Origin: an uncultured Acutalibacter sp.
GTDB lineage: Bacteria; Bacillota; Clostridia; Oscillospirales; Acutalibacteraceae
Reading direction: 5' to 3'
DNA: 64,000 nt
Assembly: GCA_964600905.1 (NCBI GenBank)
Contig: CAZRLJ010000004.1
Coordinates: forward strand, 328-64,327
A model generated the notes under the pieces. It saw only the letters and a program-made list of their open reading frames with translations. It was not told where the DNA came from and made no database searches. This document shows, in pieces, positions 1 to 10,004 of this stretch (its first letter is position 1; every line of letters starts with the position of its first letter). The position numbers and the translations under genes were made by a program.

Positions 1-341
1 ACGGTCTTTGGCTTGATGGGCTTGCCCTTGGCGGTGATGCAGATGCAGTCTCCCGCCAGCTTCACCACCTTGTCCTCGCTGTCCTCTGCCACCATGCGCA
101 TACAGTAGCGGACGTTCTGCTCGGTCAGGCTTTCGCCGCTGCCCACCAGGGTGATGAGGCTGCGCACCGCACGGGCGGCCTTGTCCACATTTTCCGGGTC
201 CTCCCCAGTGATTTTCAGCTCGGAATCCCGAACCACCAGGGTGACGCCGTATTCCTTTTCAATGAGCTTGCAGTTTTCATCGAAGCTGCCAAAAAGCTCG
301 GCGGCCAGCTCCGTTCTTTCCAGACTGATTTTTCGTTCCAA
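1..341 (-). CDS. phoH: PhoH family protein, N-terminal part (runs off window edge)
   Basis: Manual translation from TTG at 341: (M)ERKISLERTELAAELFGSFDENCKLIEKEYGV...ICITAKGKPIKPKT, typical PhoH N-terminus; follows yqfD as in Firmicutes. Confidence 0.85.
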   Translation of the reverse strand, partial: MERKISLERTELAAELFGSFDENCKLIEKEYGVTLVVRDSELKITGEDPENVDKAARAVRSLITLVGSGESLTEQNVRYCMRMVAEDSEDKVVKLAGDCICITAKGKPIKPKT

Positions 342-456
342 ATTTGCATTCCTCGGATCGGATATGATTGATATGCTGATATTATATCACAAATGTGCTT
401 TTTTCTTCAACCCCAAATAATATGAGGAGTTCACAAAATTTTATTCCGCATTTCGT

Positions 457-1659
457 CTATTTTACCAAAACTTCCTGAATCAATCCAATATTCTCCTGAC
501 AGCGGCATTTGTCGGTGAGAATGCACATGCCCTCGGGGAAGCTCCAGGAAAGCTCCTCCTTCAAAACGTTGCTTCCCTCCGTCAGGGCCTCCTTTTGCAT
601 CTCCCGCAGCTTCAAAAGCGCCGCCTGCTCCAGCTCCGCCTTGTCCAGGGTCCTCCGGGATTCCTCGGTAAACTGGTACACCTCCTGCCGGAGGATCACC
701 GGCAGCTCCACTCCCAGGGCCTTCAAGGGCACATCCTCATGGGACAGCCGGAAGTCCTCCTTTGGCACGGTGTTCAGGCCCAGGGGGATCCTGACGCCGA
801 AAATCTCCAGCGCCCGGTTCACCTGCTTCTCTCCCGTGAGCCGTTGCTCCTCACGCTCCGCCGAAACCTGCACCGTAAACTCCCGGTGGGTCTCGGCAAG
901 GACCCTTCCCCGCACGGGGCCGATGGTCCGCAGGGGATTGGCGGCCCTGGGGTCCCAGGGATCCAGCTGTTCTTCATAGAGCCCGGAGATCAGCAGCTGC
1001 CCCTGCTCCACAGCCTCCCCCGGCTTTACCTCCGGCCTTCCCAGCTCCGCCTCCACGGAAAGGATGGTCCCCGCCCTGGAGGCGATCATATTGGACCAGC
1101 CCTCCCTGCCGGTAAACTCCGGCGCGGGAGAAGCCTCCCCCACTGCCACCTCAATAAAGCAGCCATTGGTATTCACCGCCGCCCATTTCAGCCCCTCCAG
1201 CTCCCCGATGATCTCCCGGGCCGCCAGCTTGGGGTCAAAGCTGCTTCTGCCCGCGCCGGGATAAACTCCCGCGGATCGGGCGGCCGCCAGCACCGGACCG
1301 TCCCCGTAGGTCTCAGCGCCGCTGACCCGGACGTTCCACACGAAGCTGTTCAGGAAAAGGAACAGTCCCATGGCGCAGAGCGCCCCTGCCACCAGGCCCG
1401 GCCTAAGCCACAGCCGCCGGAGGAGGAAGGGCGCCCCCCACTTTTTTTCGCAGCGGAGCTTCACCCGGCACCGGCGTGCCAGGGGCCGGAGCTTTTTATA
1501 TTCCCCCGCCCGGCAGCAAACCCGTATATTCTCCCCGTCCCGGCGAAAATCCCAGAAGCCAAAACCGCTTTTCGCCGCCAGATTCAAAAACCGCGCCGTA
1601 TCCCCCTGGATGGTGAATTCGGCGCAGCCCGTCAGCTGATGAAAGATTTTTTCGACCAA
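457..1659 (-). CDS. yqfD: Sporulation protein YqfD (SpoIV family)
   Basis: C-terminal ~400 aa of ORF 457..2529; TTG start with GGAGG RBS; RFLN, one TM, IASRAGTI/GQLLISG motifs; yqfC-yqfD-phoH order. Confidence 0.85.
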   Translation of the reverse strand: MVEKIFHQLTGCAEFTIQGDTARFLNLAAKSGFGFWDFRRDGENIRVCCRAGEYKKLRPLARRCRVKLRCEKKWGAPFLLRRLWLRPGLVAGALCAMGLFLFLNSFVWNVRVSGAETYGDGPVLAAARSAGVYPGAGRSSFDPKLAAREIIGELEGLKWAAVNTNGCFIEVAVGEASPAPEFTGREGWSNMIASRAGTILSVEAELGRPEVKPGEAVEQGQLLISGLYEEQLDPWDPRAANPLRTIGPVRGRVLAETHREFTVQVSAEREEQRLTGEKQVNRALEIFGVRIPLGLNTVPKEDFRLSHEDVPLKALGVELPVILRQEVYQFTEESRRTLDKAELEQAALLKLREMQKEALTEGSNVLKEELSWSFPEGMCILTDKCRCQENIGLIQEVLVK

Positions 1660-1673
1660 GGCAACCTCCCCCT

Positions 1674-1898
1674 TTAATAGGTGTACTCTACCGTGCTGAT
1701 CAGGCCCTCGATGACGGCGGAATTTTCCGTCAGCCGTTTCAGCCGCAGGCCCCGGCCCAGAAACCGCACGGTGAGCCTGCCTGTGCGGAGGATCACCCGT
1801 TCCTCGTCGTAGTCCACAATGCCGTCGCAGCCGTCCACCACGGCAGTACGGTTCCCTGTCAGCTCTATGACCGAGCCGCCCCGTCCCTTCTGGTCCAT
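1674..1898 (-). CDS. yqfC: YabP/YqfC family sporulation protein
   Basis: IELTGNR..VDGCDGIVDY...IEGLISTVEY pattern; synteny with yqfD. Confidence 0.8.
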   Translation of the reverse strand: MDQKGRGGSVIELTGNRTAVVDGCDGIVDYDEERVILRTGRLTVRFLGRGLRLKRLTENSAVIEGLISTVEYTY

Positions 1899-1987
1899 GC
1901 CGTTCCCACCTTTCGCAACATCTTATGTTTCCGGGGGCGAATGTATCCCTGAAAAAATTCATACTCATCAGGGAAAGAGGTGTTTCT

Positions 1988-3145
1988 ATGGCGGAGCTTT
2001 GCGGAACCGGAATCAAAAGGAGAAGAAAAGGAGAGAAGCTGCGGATCAGCTCCAGCGCCCTGTGCGCCCTGAGCTTTCTGGCCGCCCTCTCCGCCCTGCT
2101 GGCCTTTCCCGGCTCGGTCCGGGAAGGGGTGTGGAACAGCATGATCTCCTGTCTCACCGGCGTTGTGCCCTCCCTGTTTCCCTTTATGGTGCTGGCGGGC
2201 TTCGGGGCGGACTCCCGCGCCGGGGAGAGCCTGGGCCGCTGGCTGGGGCCGATGGTCCGCCGCGTCTTCCGGCTGCCGGACTGCTGCGCCGCGACCCTGC
2301 TCATGAGCTTTCTGGGCGGGTATCCCGCCGGGGCCAAGGGAATTTCCCTGCTGCTGGAGCGGGGAATGATCAATGAGCGCCAGGCCCGGCGGATGCTGCT
2401 GTTCTGCCTTTCCCCCGGCCCCGCTTTCACCGTGACCTTTGTGGGGTCAGGCCTGCTGGGAGACCCGCGGGCAGGCTGGCTCCTGTTTGCCGCCGTCACC
2501 GGGGCAGGGCTGCTGCTGGGCCTGCTCACCGCCGTGGGAAACCCTATGCCTGAACGGAAACAGCCCCGGCAGGAAAGCTATCCCGCCGGGGCGCTGATCC
2601 GCTCCGTCCATGGAGCGGCAAAAAGCGTGGCGCTGATGTGCGCCTGTATCATGCTGTTTGCTGCCTTTACCGCCGTTCTCCGGGCCAGCGGGATCTTCAC
2701 TTTCCTTTGCCGGGGCCTGGACGCCCTGCTGCCCGGCCTGAGAAGCGGAGAGGTTCTGCTCGCCTTCCTGCTGGAGGTCACGGATGGAACGGGAAAGGCT
2801 GCGGCAGCAGGGGCCGTTCCCGGCCTTTTCGCCTTTGGGCTGGGCTTTGGGGGCCTTTGCGTCCATTTTCAGGTGTTCAGCATCGCAGCAGGGGTCCCGG
2901 TGAAAAAGCCGCTGTTCCTGCTGTTCCGACTTCTCCATGGCCTTCTTTCCGCCGGGGCAGTGTACGGGCTGATCCGGCTTTTCCCCGGCGAACCGGCCAC
3001 CGCCGCCCCTGTGGAGACCTGGGCCGCCGTCCAGGCCGGGGCGGGGGTCTCCCCCCTGTCCGGGACTTTGGCAGGAGGAATTTCCCTATTGCTGATGTGC
3101 CTGGCTTTTCTGGTCATTATGGGGGAAGGGGAAGGGGAAAAGTGA
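1988..3145 (+). CDS. ylbJ: YlbJ-like sporulation integral membrane protein (start uncertain)
   Basis: VVPSLFPF, GGYPAGA, LLEVT.G, FGGLCVHFQ motifs; multiple TM segments. Confidence 0.75.
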   Translation: MAELCGTGIKRRRKGEKLRISSSALCALSFLAALSALLAFPGSVREGVWNSMISCLTGVVPSLFPFMVLAGFGADSRAGESLGRWLGPMVRRVFRLPDCCAATLLMSFLGGYPAGAKGISLLLERGMINERQARRMLLFCLSPGPAFTVTFVGSGLLGDPRAGWLLFAAVTGAGLLLGLLTAVGNPMPERKQPRQESYPAGALIRSVHGAAKSVALMCACIMLFAAFTAVLRASGIFTFLCRGLDALLPGLRSGEVLLAFLLEVTDGTGKAAAAGAVPGLFAFGLGFGGLCVHFQVFSIAAGVPVKKPLFLLFRLLHGLLSAGAVYGLIRLFPGEPATAAPVETWAAVQAGAGVSPLSGTLAGGISLLLMCLAFLVIMGEGEGEK

Positions 3146-3204
3146 AGAGTGAATAGTTGTGGTTATAAATGAAGAAAGGGCAGGCTTCCAGCAGTCTGGA
3201 AAAC

Positions 3205-4416
3205 TCACGTTTTGACCAGCTTTTCCGTGTAATCCCGGCCGCAGGGCAGGGGCTTCGGAAAGGCCATGGCGTACAGGTCATCGGCCCGGGCCTCCAGCTC
3301 AAACACACGGAGAGCCTCCCCGCCCAGCCGCTGAAAATCCGCCGGGCGGACGGCAACGGGTAGAGCGGGAGCCGCCGTCCGCAGAATGCCCTCTCCCCTT
3401 TCGTTCATGCCCAGCACCCGCAGGACAGGCGGCAGCTGGGGCAGATCGGCGGTAATTCCCAGAAAGGCGGCAAGGGCCAGCCGCCGGAGCCGTGCCAGGG
3501 TGTAGCGTCTGGATTTCGCTATCCCATAGAATTCCTCCAGGCTCCCCGCCTGCCGGGCCGCCTGAAACAGCCTGTTTTCCAAGCCCTCGCTGACGTCCGG
3601 CAGCCGGGAAAAATCCTGAAGGGTCATGGTGCGAAGTTTACATAATATCGAGCGTTCCAGCAGAGAAATATCCGCCGGGCAGCGGCCCTGGGCGGTCAGC
3701 TCCCCAAGGAGCCGCCCCGTAGATTCCGGAACCAGCCCGGCCAGGGAACGGCTCTGCCGCAAAAGCTCCCGAAGCTGCCCGGCAGAAGCCAGCTCCCCTT
3801 TCCCTGCCTGTTTGTCATGGGCCGCCCCCTGCCGGGGATAAGCCATGGGCCGGATGTCGGAGCCCTGCCGGAGCAGGGCCTTTTGATACTCCACCGCCAG
3901 AATGGCGTTGGGGGAGCGCAGCAGCGCCGCCGCCTGTTCTCCCAGCATTTCCGCCAGCACCGCCTCCCGCCGTTTGGCAAAGGTCTCGCCGGTATCCGGC
4001 AGACTGGACAGCCGGGCGGAAAATTCGGTCGACAGCAGGGCACGGGCCGTCTGCTCGATGAGGGACAAGTCCACGCTCTCGCTGCCAAAGGCCAGGACCT
4101 CCACATTTCCCAAAGCCGCCGCCAGGCATACCCCCCCGGCAGCAAAGCGCTCCGCTCCGGCGCAGGCCCATGGCAGGGGCAGCTCCAACACCAGGTCGGC
4201 CCCGTTTTCCAGGGCCAGCCGGGCGCGGCTCCATTTATCCAGGATGGCGGGCTCCCCCCGCTGAACGAAATTCCCGGAAAGAATGCACACCAGGCCCATT
4301 CCGGCCTCCTTCACCTGCTGAAAGAGCCAGCGGTGCCCCAGGTGCAGGGGGTTCAGCTCGCAGATCACGGCGGCGTTTTTTCCGGTTTCCGGCAAATTCT
4401 CTGACATTTTCCCCAA
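3205..4416 (-). CDS. tmcAL: tRNA(Met) cytidine acetate ligase, YlbM-type nucleotidyltransferase (start uncertain)
   Basis: ICELNPLHLGH, SGNFVQRGEPA, GADLVLELP, PNAILAVEY; divergent from ackA. Confidence 0.85.
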   Translation of the reverse strand: MGKMSENLPETGKNAAVICELNPLHLGHRWLFQQVKEAGMGLVCILSGNFVQRGEPAILDKWSRARLALENGADLVLELPLPWACAGAERFAAGGVCLAAALGNVEVLAFGSESVDLSLIEQTARALLSTEFSARLSSLPDTGETFAKRREAVLAEMLGEQAAALLRSPNAILAVEYQKALLRQGSDIRPMAYPRQGAAHDKQAGKGELASAGQLRELLRQSRSLAGLVPESTGRLLGELTAQGRCPADISLLERSILCKLRTMTLQDFSRLPDVSEGLENRLFQAARQAGSLEEFYGIAKSRRYTLARLRRLALAAFLGITADLPQLPPVLRVLGMNERGEGILRTAAPALPVAVRPADFQRLGGEALRVFELEARADDLYAMAFPKPLPCGRDYTEKLVKT

Positions 4417-4555
4417 AACTCCTTGAATTTGTTTTTTGGATGCGCTAAAATAAAGTGAAATTGTATTTCCTTCATTCCCATTACTATTTTATCGCAACCG
4501 CCGGGCAGAAACAAGAGCATTCTGCCGGAGGTGCATCGGAAAGGAAGCGTAGAAC

Positions 4556-5761
4556 ATGAAAATTCTGGTCATCAACGCAGGCAGCTCCTCCCTGAAGTAT
4601 CAGCTGATCGACATGGATACCGAGGAAATGGTCTGCAAAGGCAACTACGAGCGCATCGGCATGGAGGGCGGCATCTTCACCCACAAGACCGCCGACGGCC
4701 GGGAGTACAAGGTCAATGTGGACGCCCCCGATCACACCGCCGCTTTCACCCAGGTGAAAAACGCCCTGGTGGACAGCGAGCACGGCGTCATCAAGGACTT
4801 GAGCGAGGTCACCGCCGTGGGACACCGGGTAGTGCAGGGCGGCGCCCTGTTCAGCGAATCCGTGCTGGTGGATGAAAAGGTCATTGAGGGCATCGAGAGC
4901 CTGATCCCCCTGGCCCCACTGCACAACAAGGCCCACGTGCAGGGCATCCGCGCCTGCATGGAGGTCTTCGGCAAGGACGTGCCTGAGGCCGTGGTGTTTG
5001 ACACCTCCTTCCACTCCACCATGCCGCCCAAGGCTTACATGTTCAATGTCCCCTATGAGTATTACGAGAAGTACGCCGTGCGCCGCTACGGCGCCCACGG
5101 CACCTCTCACCGCTACGTCAGCGCCCGCTGTGCCGAGCTGATGGGGAAGGACCCCAGCGAGCTGAAGATCATCACTTGCCATCTGGGCAATGGCTCCTCC
5201 ATTACCGCTGTAGATCACGGCAAGTGCATCGATACCTCCATGGGCCTGACCCCCCTGGACGGCTTCATGATGGGCACCCGCAGCGGCAGCCTTGACCCCA
5301 GCGTGGTCACCTTCATCATGGAGAAGGAGCACCTCTCCCCTGCCGAGATGGATCAGCTTTTGAACAAGAAGTCCGGTATGCTGGGCATTTCCGGCGTTTC
5401 CAGCGACGACCGGGACGTGGTCGCCGCCGCCGAGGCCGGCAACGAGCGGGCCATTCTGGCCCACCAGATCCTGGAGTATCAGATCTCCAAGTTCATCGGC
5501 GGCTACATGGTTGCCCTGGGCGGCTGCGACGCCATGGTGTTCACCGCCGGCCTGGGTGAGAACCAGGCTTCCCACCGGGCCGCTGTAGGCAAGTACCTGT
5601 CCTTCCTGGGCGTCAAGATCGATGAAAAGCTCAACGAGGAAATGGTCCACGGCAAGGAGGGGTTGATCTCCACGCCCGATTCTGCCATTCAGGTCTACGT
5701 GATCCCCACCAACGAGGAGCTGGTCATCGCCCGGGATACCAAGGCCCTGGTGGAAAAGTAA
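4556..5761 (+). CDS. ackA: Acetate kinase
   Basis: ILVINAGSSSLK, GHRVVQGG, LAPLHN, YGAHGTSH, DTSMGLTPLDG, IPTNEEL. Confidence 0.97.
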   Translation: MKILVINAGSSSLKYQLIDMDTEEMVCKGNYERIGMEGGIFTHKTADGREYKVNVDAPDHTAAFTQVKNALVDSEHGVIKDLSEVTAVGHRVVQGGALFSESVLVDEKVIEGIESLIPLAPLHNKAHVQGIRACMEVFGKDVPEAVVFDTSFHSTMPPKAYMFNVPYEYYEKYAVRRYGAHGTSHRYVSARCAELMGKDPSELKIITCHLGNGSSITAVDHGKCIDTSMGLTPLDGFMMGTRSGSLDPSVVTFIMEKEHLSPAEMDQLLNKKSGMLGISGVSSDDRDVVAAAEAGNERAILAHQILEYQISKFIGGYMVALGGCDAMVFTAGLGENQASHRAAVGKYLSFLGVKIDEKLNEEMVHGKEGLISTPDSAIQVYVIPTNEELVIARDTKALVEK

Positions 5762-5783
5762 AATACCTGTAAATACAAAAACG

Positions 5784-5818
5784 CGGTGCAGTCCCGAAAG
5801 GGGCTGCACCGTTTTTTT
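5784..5818 (+). terminator. Intrinsic terminator after ackA
   Basis: CGGTGCAGTCCC-GAAA-GGGGCTGCACCG followed by T7. Confidence 0.85.
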
Positions 5819-5945
5819 GTGACGCTGAGAGGAGACCCGGCAGATTCCCCTCGGCCCGGAGGCAAAAACCTCCGGGCCTTTTTGTGAATATTACAGGAAT
5901 CCTCGACAAGTACGCAGGGGTATCTGCCGCCTAATGAAAAAATTC

Positions 5946-5974
5946 TTTACAAATAGTTTTTGTCATGTTATAAT
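5946..5974 (+). promoter_or_regulatory. sigmaA-type promoter of protease cassette 1
   Basis: TTTACA-17nt-TATAAT with extended TG. Confidence 0.65.
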
Positions 5975-6017
5975 ATTTTTGTCAAAAATTTCATTTTGGA
6001 AAGGTGCGTGCAATTTC

Positions 6018-7106
6018 ATGAAAACGATCCGCAAAGTATTTCTTATTCTGCTGGTTGCAATCCTAATGGTTATGCCCTGCCAGATTACCAGTTCTGCCGC
6101 CTCAAATGATTCCGGCGATCAGGACGGCACAAGGGTTATGATCTCCGCCTCGGCCGGCCAAAACGGCTCTTATTTTTACGACGCTAAGACAAATGAAGAA
6201 ATCTATATCCCGCCAAATGAGACCTTAGAAAGCATGGGGATTGAGGATGATGTTTTTGATACCGCTCCCGCACCGGAACCCGAAGCTGTCGATCCTGAAA
6301 TGAGCGCTGCCATTGAGGAAGAGATGTGGGCGCTTGCAAATAGCACGGGTAAGCGCTCTCCTGTAACGACCCCTTCGGGATTTGAACGCAGCACTTGTCT
6401 TCTTGCTGCCAGGTTTGCAGACGGGAACGATAATGTGTTGATTGGAACCGGCTGGTTGATCAATAACACCTATTTGGTTACCGCAGGACACTGCGTATAC
6501 GACCCGAAGTACTTAAATAATGGAAACAATGGGTGGGCTAAGCATGTTGCCGTCTACGTTGGTGCAAGTAATGGAAGCTACCTGCACTATTCCATGGGTA
6601 CCACCTACTATGCAGGCGGCGATTATGTAAGTTGCAAAGAACAAGACGAAGAGGAAGCAAAAAAAGAGTATGAAAGACGTGGGAAATTTGATGACTGGGC
6701 GGTTCTCAAGTTGAATTATCCGGTAAATCCGGATACCACTTCCGTGGCAAAATTGGGAATTCGCGCAACGAACAGCGTTTCCGATATGCTGAATAAGGTT
6801 TATACAACACAAGGGTATCCTCTTGACTTGAATCTAGGCAAAGGCTGGAGTAAGCGCACGATGTATAAGCAGACAAACTGTACTGTTGAATATGATGTGG
6901 AGCAGCCATACACGCTGGACCTTGTGTGTACCTCAACAGTGGAGTTTTCAGATGGCCAGAGTGGCTCTGCGTTATATCGTGGCGGTTTCGCAGAGGCAAT
7001 TGGCATTTGTGGCAATACCGAGATTTATGCGGGTCTCCAAGGCACAACCTACTTTGTCCTAATCAACGATTGGCTTTACAATTATATCCACAGTAATTTT
7101 ATGTGA
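6018..7106 (+). CDS. Secreted trypsin-fold (V8/S1B-like) serine protease 1
   Basis: Signal peptide, acidic propeptide, triad motifs TAGHC / DDWAVLKL / GQSGS, GYP motif; AT-richer than flanks. Confidence 0.85.
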   Translation: MKTIRKVFLILLVAILMVMPCQITSSAASNDSGDQDGTRVMISASAGQNGSYFYDAKTNEEIYIPPNETLESMGIEDDVFDTAPAPEPEAVDPEMSAAIEEEMWALANSTGKRSPVTTPSGFERSTCLLAARFADGNDNVLIGTGWLINNTYLVTAGHCVYDPKYLNNGNNGWAKHVAVYVGASNGSYLHYSMGTTYYAGGDYVSCKEQDEEEAKKEYERRGKFDDWAVLKLNYPVNPDTTSVAKLGIRATNSVSDMLNKVYTTQGYPLDLNLGKGWSKRTMYKQTNCTVEYDVEQPYTLDLVCTSTVEFSDGQSGSALYRGGFAEAIGICGNTEIYAGLQGTTYFVLINDWLYNYIHSNFM

Positions 7107-7140
7107 TTTCTGTGATGATATAGAAGGGAGAAATTACTTC

Positions 7141-7677
7141 ATGAAAAAGGTCGGGAAGATCGTGGTAGCCCTCCTCTTGGTGGTTTCCGTAACCTGGTCG
7201 GCTGTTTCAACCTTTCTGCTTTATCGCAGCAGACAGATTCCTGCCCACATCAAACCGGTCATAACACAAGCAGACCAATACAGCTTCGTAGGGCAAATGC
7301 GATTGCCCAAGATATGGGAAGGATTAAAGCTGAATAAGACGGAAGATTTTGCCGACCTTGAATTTATGGGATTGGAAAAAGGGGTATTCTATGACAATAT
7401 TGATGAATATTTTGATGTTTTGCAATTCAAGATCACTCTCCGGGAGGAGCTACTAGAAGATGAGTATCTCCTCAATTTCTGGATTTATCACTATTGCCCG
7501 GAGGACGGCTTCTGGTATATGGTATACTGTCCTTTCTATTCTTCAAAGCTCATGGGTTATACGGCTTCCGGAGAGATTCTTAAGAAATACTCGGTTCCCC
7601 CGGATATTCTGGCGGAGCCCGGCCGTTATGCATTCGTATTAGAGAATCTCGGCAACTGCTCGTTTGAGGTGGAGTAA
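7141..7677 (+). CDS. Membrane-anchored hypothetical protein, cassette 1 partner A (putative Ig-like fold)
   Basis: N-terminal TM helix; clear paralog of 7774..8316. Confidence 0.75.
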   Translation: MKKVGKIVVALLLVVSVTWSAVSTFLLYRSRQIPAHIKPVITQADQYSFVGQMRLPKIWEGLKLNKTEDFADLEFMGLEKGVFYDNIDEYFDVLQFKITLREELLEDEYLLNFWIYHYCPEDGFWYMVYCPFYSSKLMGYTASGEILKKYSVPPDILAEPGRYAFVLENLGNCSFEVE

Positions 7678-7773
7678 AATATTTTCATGCGCTCCGCTGG
7701 CACGGTTGAGTGCTGGGACTGATTGTCTCTATGTGATTCAAGTGATAACATCAAGGAACGGAGGCATTATTTC

Positions 7774-8316
7774 ATGAAAAAAGTTGGGAAGATCATAGTA
7801 GCCGTTCTTTTGGTGGTTTCCTTGACCTGGTCGGCTGTTTCAACCTTTCTTCTTTATCGCAGCAAGCAGGATTCCGGCGGCTTCAAGCCCGTTGTAACGC
7901 AGGCGAGCGACTACGCTGAGGTGGGACAAATGCGGCTGCCCAAATTGTGGGAGACGCTAAAGCTGAATCATACAAAAGATTTTGTTGATCTGGAATTTTT
8001 AGGCCTGGAGAGAGGAACCTCCCGTGTCACTACCTCTGCGGGCGATGCATATGATGTATTGCGGATCAAGGTGACGCTCCGTGAGCAAGTGGAAGAACAG
8101 GAATATTTCGTCAATTTCTGGATTTATCGCTATTGCCCGGAGGACGGCTTCTGGTATGCGGTATACTATCCCGGCCACGCTTCTAAGGCCGTTAGCCATA
8201 AGGTATCGGGAGAAAGAATTGAGGAATACGATGTCCCGCCGGATATTCTGGCGGAGCCCGGTCTTTATGCCTTTGGAATAGACGGGCTCGGTTGCTGCTC
8301 TTTTGAGGTGGAGTAG
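7774..8316 (+). CDS. Membrane-anchored hypothetical protein, cassette 1 partner B
   Basis: ATG with GGAGG RBS; shares VGQMRLPK, YCPEDGFWY, VPPDILAEPG, CSFEVE with 7141..7677. Confidence 0.75.
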   Translation: MKKVGKIIVAVLLVVSLTWSAVSTFLLYRSKQDSGGFKPVVTQASDYAEVGQMRLPKLWETLKLNHTKDFVDLEFLGLERGTSRVTTSAGDAYDVLRIKVTLREQVEEQEYFVNFWIYRYCPEDGFWYAVYYPGHASKAVSHKVSGERIEEYDVPPDILAEPGLYAFGIDGLGCCSFEVE

Positions 8317-8459
8317 CGTTTTCCATATACATTGGCCCGGAAACTGGAGCCTGGCCGCACAAAGAAGGATGCCCGCGCCCTGCTTCCCTCTGACGAGGGG
8401 CAGGGCGTGGGCAATCCACTTTCTGTGTCAAAGGAAGACTCTGCGCGGCACAAAATTAT

Positions 8460-9386
8460 TTACTTCTTCTCCTCAGCGTCCGCGCTCATCAGCTCCTTCA
8501 CGGACACGGCCAGGCCGGCCAGGGACTGGATATTGGAGGGGATAATGATCTTGGTGGACTTGCCGTCCGCTGCCTTCTCAAAGGCCTCCAGGCTCTTGAG
8601 GGCAATAACAGGCTGGCTGGGATTGGCCTCGTTCATCAGGCGGACCGCCTCCGCCCGGGCCTTCTGGACAGCCAGAATGGCTTCGGCCTCGCCCTGGGCC
8701 TCTCTGATCTTCGTCTCCTTTACGGCGTCGGCCCGGAGCACGGCGGATTCCTTCTGGCCCTCGGCAATGAGGATGGCGCTGCGCTTCTCGCCCTCGGCGT
8801 CCAGAATCTTTGCCCGGCGCTCCCGCTCCGCCTTCATCTGCTTCTCCATGGAATCCTGAATTTCCGCGGGGGGAATGATATTTTTCAGCTCCACACGATT
8901 GACCTTGATGCCCCAGGGATCGGTGGCCTCGTCCAGGATCACCCGGATCTTGGAGTTGATGATGTCACGGGAGGTCAGGGTGTGATCCAGCTCCATTTCG
9001 CCGATGATATTCCGCAGGGTGGTGGCGGTAAGATTTTCAATGGCAGAGATGGGATTTTCCACTCCGTAAGCGTAGAGCTTGGGGTCGGTGATCTGAAAAT
9101 AAACCACGGTGTCGATCTGCATGGTGACGTTATCCTTGGTGATAACGGGCTGGGGCGGGAAGTCGATCACCTGCTCCTTGAGACTCACCTTTTTGGCGAT
9201 CCGGTCAATAAAGGGAATCTTCACATGCAGGCCGGTGCCCCAGGCCGAGTGAAAGGCGCCCAGGCGCTCCACCACAAAGGCATGGGCTTGGGGAACGATT
9301 TTGATATTGGCGATGACCACCGCCAGCACAAATACGACCAGGACCGCCACCACGATCACAGTGGCTAAAACTGCAGGACTCATCAT
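8460..9386 (-). CDS. SPFH/band 7 (stomatin-like, QmcA-type) protein
   Basis: VVERLG, QPVITKDNV, TTLRNIIG, QMKAERERRA. Confidence 0.92.
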   Translation of the reverse strand: MMSPAVLATVIVVAVLVVFVLAVVIANIKIVPQAHAFVVERLGAFHSAWGTGLHVKIPFIDRIAKKVSLKEQVIDFPPQPVITKDNVTMQIDTVVYFQITDPKLYAYGVENPISAIENLTATTLRNIIGEMELDHTLTSRDIINSKIRVILDEATDPWGIKVNRVELKNIIPPAEIQDSMEKQMKAERERRAKILDAEGEKRSAILIAEGQKESAVLRADAVKETKIREAQGEAEAILAVQKARAEAVRLMNEANPSQPVIALKSLEAFEKAADGKSTKIIIPSNIQSLAGLAVSVKELMSADAEEKK

Positions 9387-9844
9387 TTGACATCTTCTCC
9401 TCTCTCGGTTTCCATAACGGATACAATGAGCTTCACGCCCTCGATGCGCTCCACCCGGACCTCGGCGCCCTTAGGGATTTTGCCGTCCGGCTGGTCGGAA
9501 CGGGCGGACCAGCTGTTTCCCATCACTGTGGCCCGGCCCTCGCCCAGCACGTTGTCCACGTCCTCGGTGATCACGCCTGTTTTGCCCAGGACCATGTCCG
9601 CGTTGGTTCTCACCGCCTGCCTCTGATGGAATTTTTTCGCCAGAGGCCGGGTGGCGATCAGCGCGGCACAGGTCACGGCCAAAAACAGGGCGATTTGCAG
9701 CCAGAGCTTACCACCCAAAAGGCTTGCCGCCAGCGCGGCGATCCCTCCCGGGACGAACCAGATCGAAACAAGACTGGGCCCGGCCGCTTCCACAATGGCC
9801 GCTATAATGGTCACTGCCAGCCATATGTACTCCATGATCTCCAT
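9383..9844 (-). CDS. Short NfeD family protein
   Basis: Three TM segments plus OB-fold (TNADMVLG, WSARS, IEGVKLIV); coupled to SPFH gene. Confidence 0.88.
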   Translation of the reverse strand: MEIMEYIWLAVTIIAAIVEAAGPSLVSIWFVPGGIAALAASLLGGKLWLQIALFLAVTCAALIATRPLAKKFHQRQAVRTNADMVLGKTGVITEDVDNVLGEGRATVMGNSWSARSDQPDGKIPKGAEVRVERIEGVKLIVSVMETERGEDVK

Positions 9845-10004
9845 TTTCTCCCACCCCCTAGGTTTTTCTATATTTATTTTATCATACCCCAAAGTAGAAT
9901 GCAACACAATCTCTCCCTCCGAAGGACATTTCCACCGGGATTGACGAAGGGGCCGTTTTGTTGGATAATAGGAGCCAGTGAGGAATCAGATCGGGAGGAT
10001 CATC

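Noticed and set aside
457..2529. 690-aa ORF as one fusion protein
   Set aside because: The N-terminal ~290 aa overlap yqfC and antisense ylbJ and look non-coding; YqfD has its own RBS and TTG at 1659
3205..5761. tmcAL-ackA divergence as a novel link
   Set aside because: Common clostridial arrangement; acetate use by TmcAL is already established
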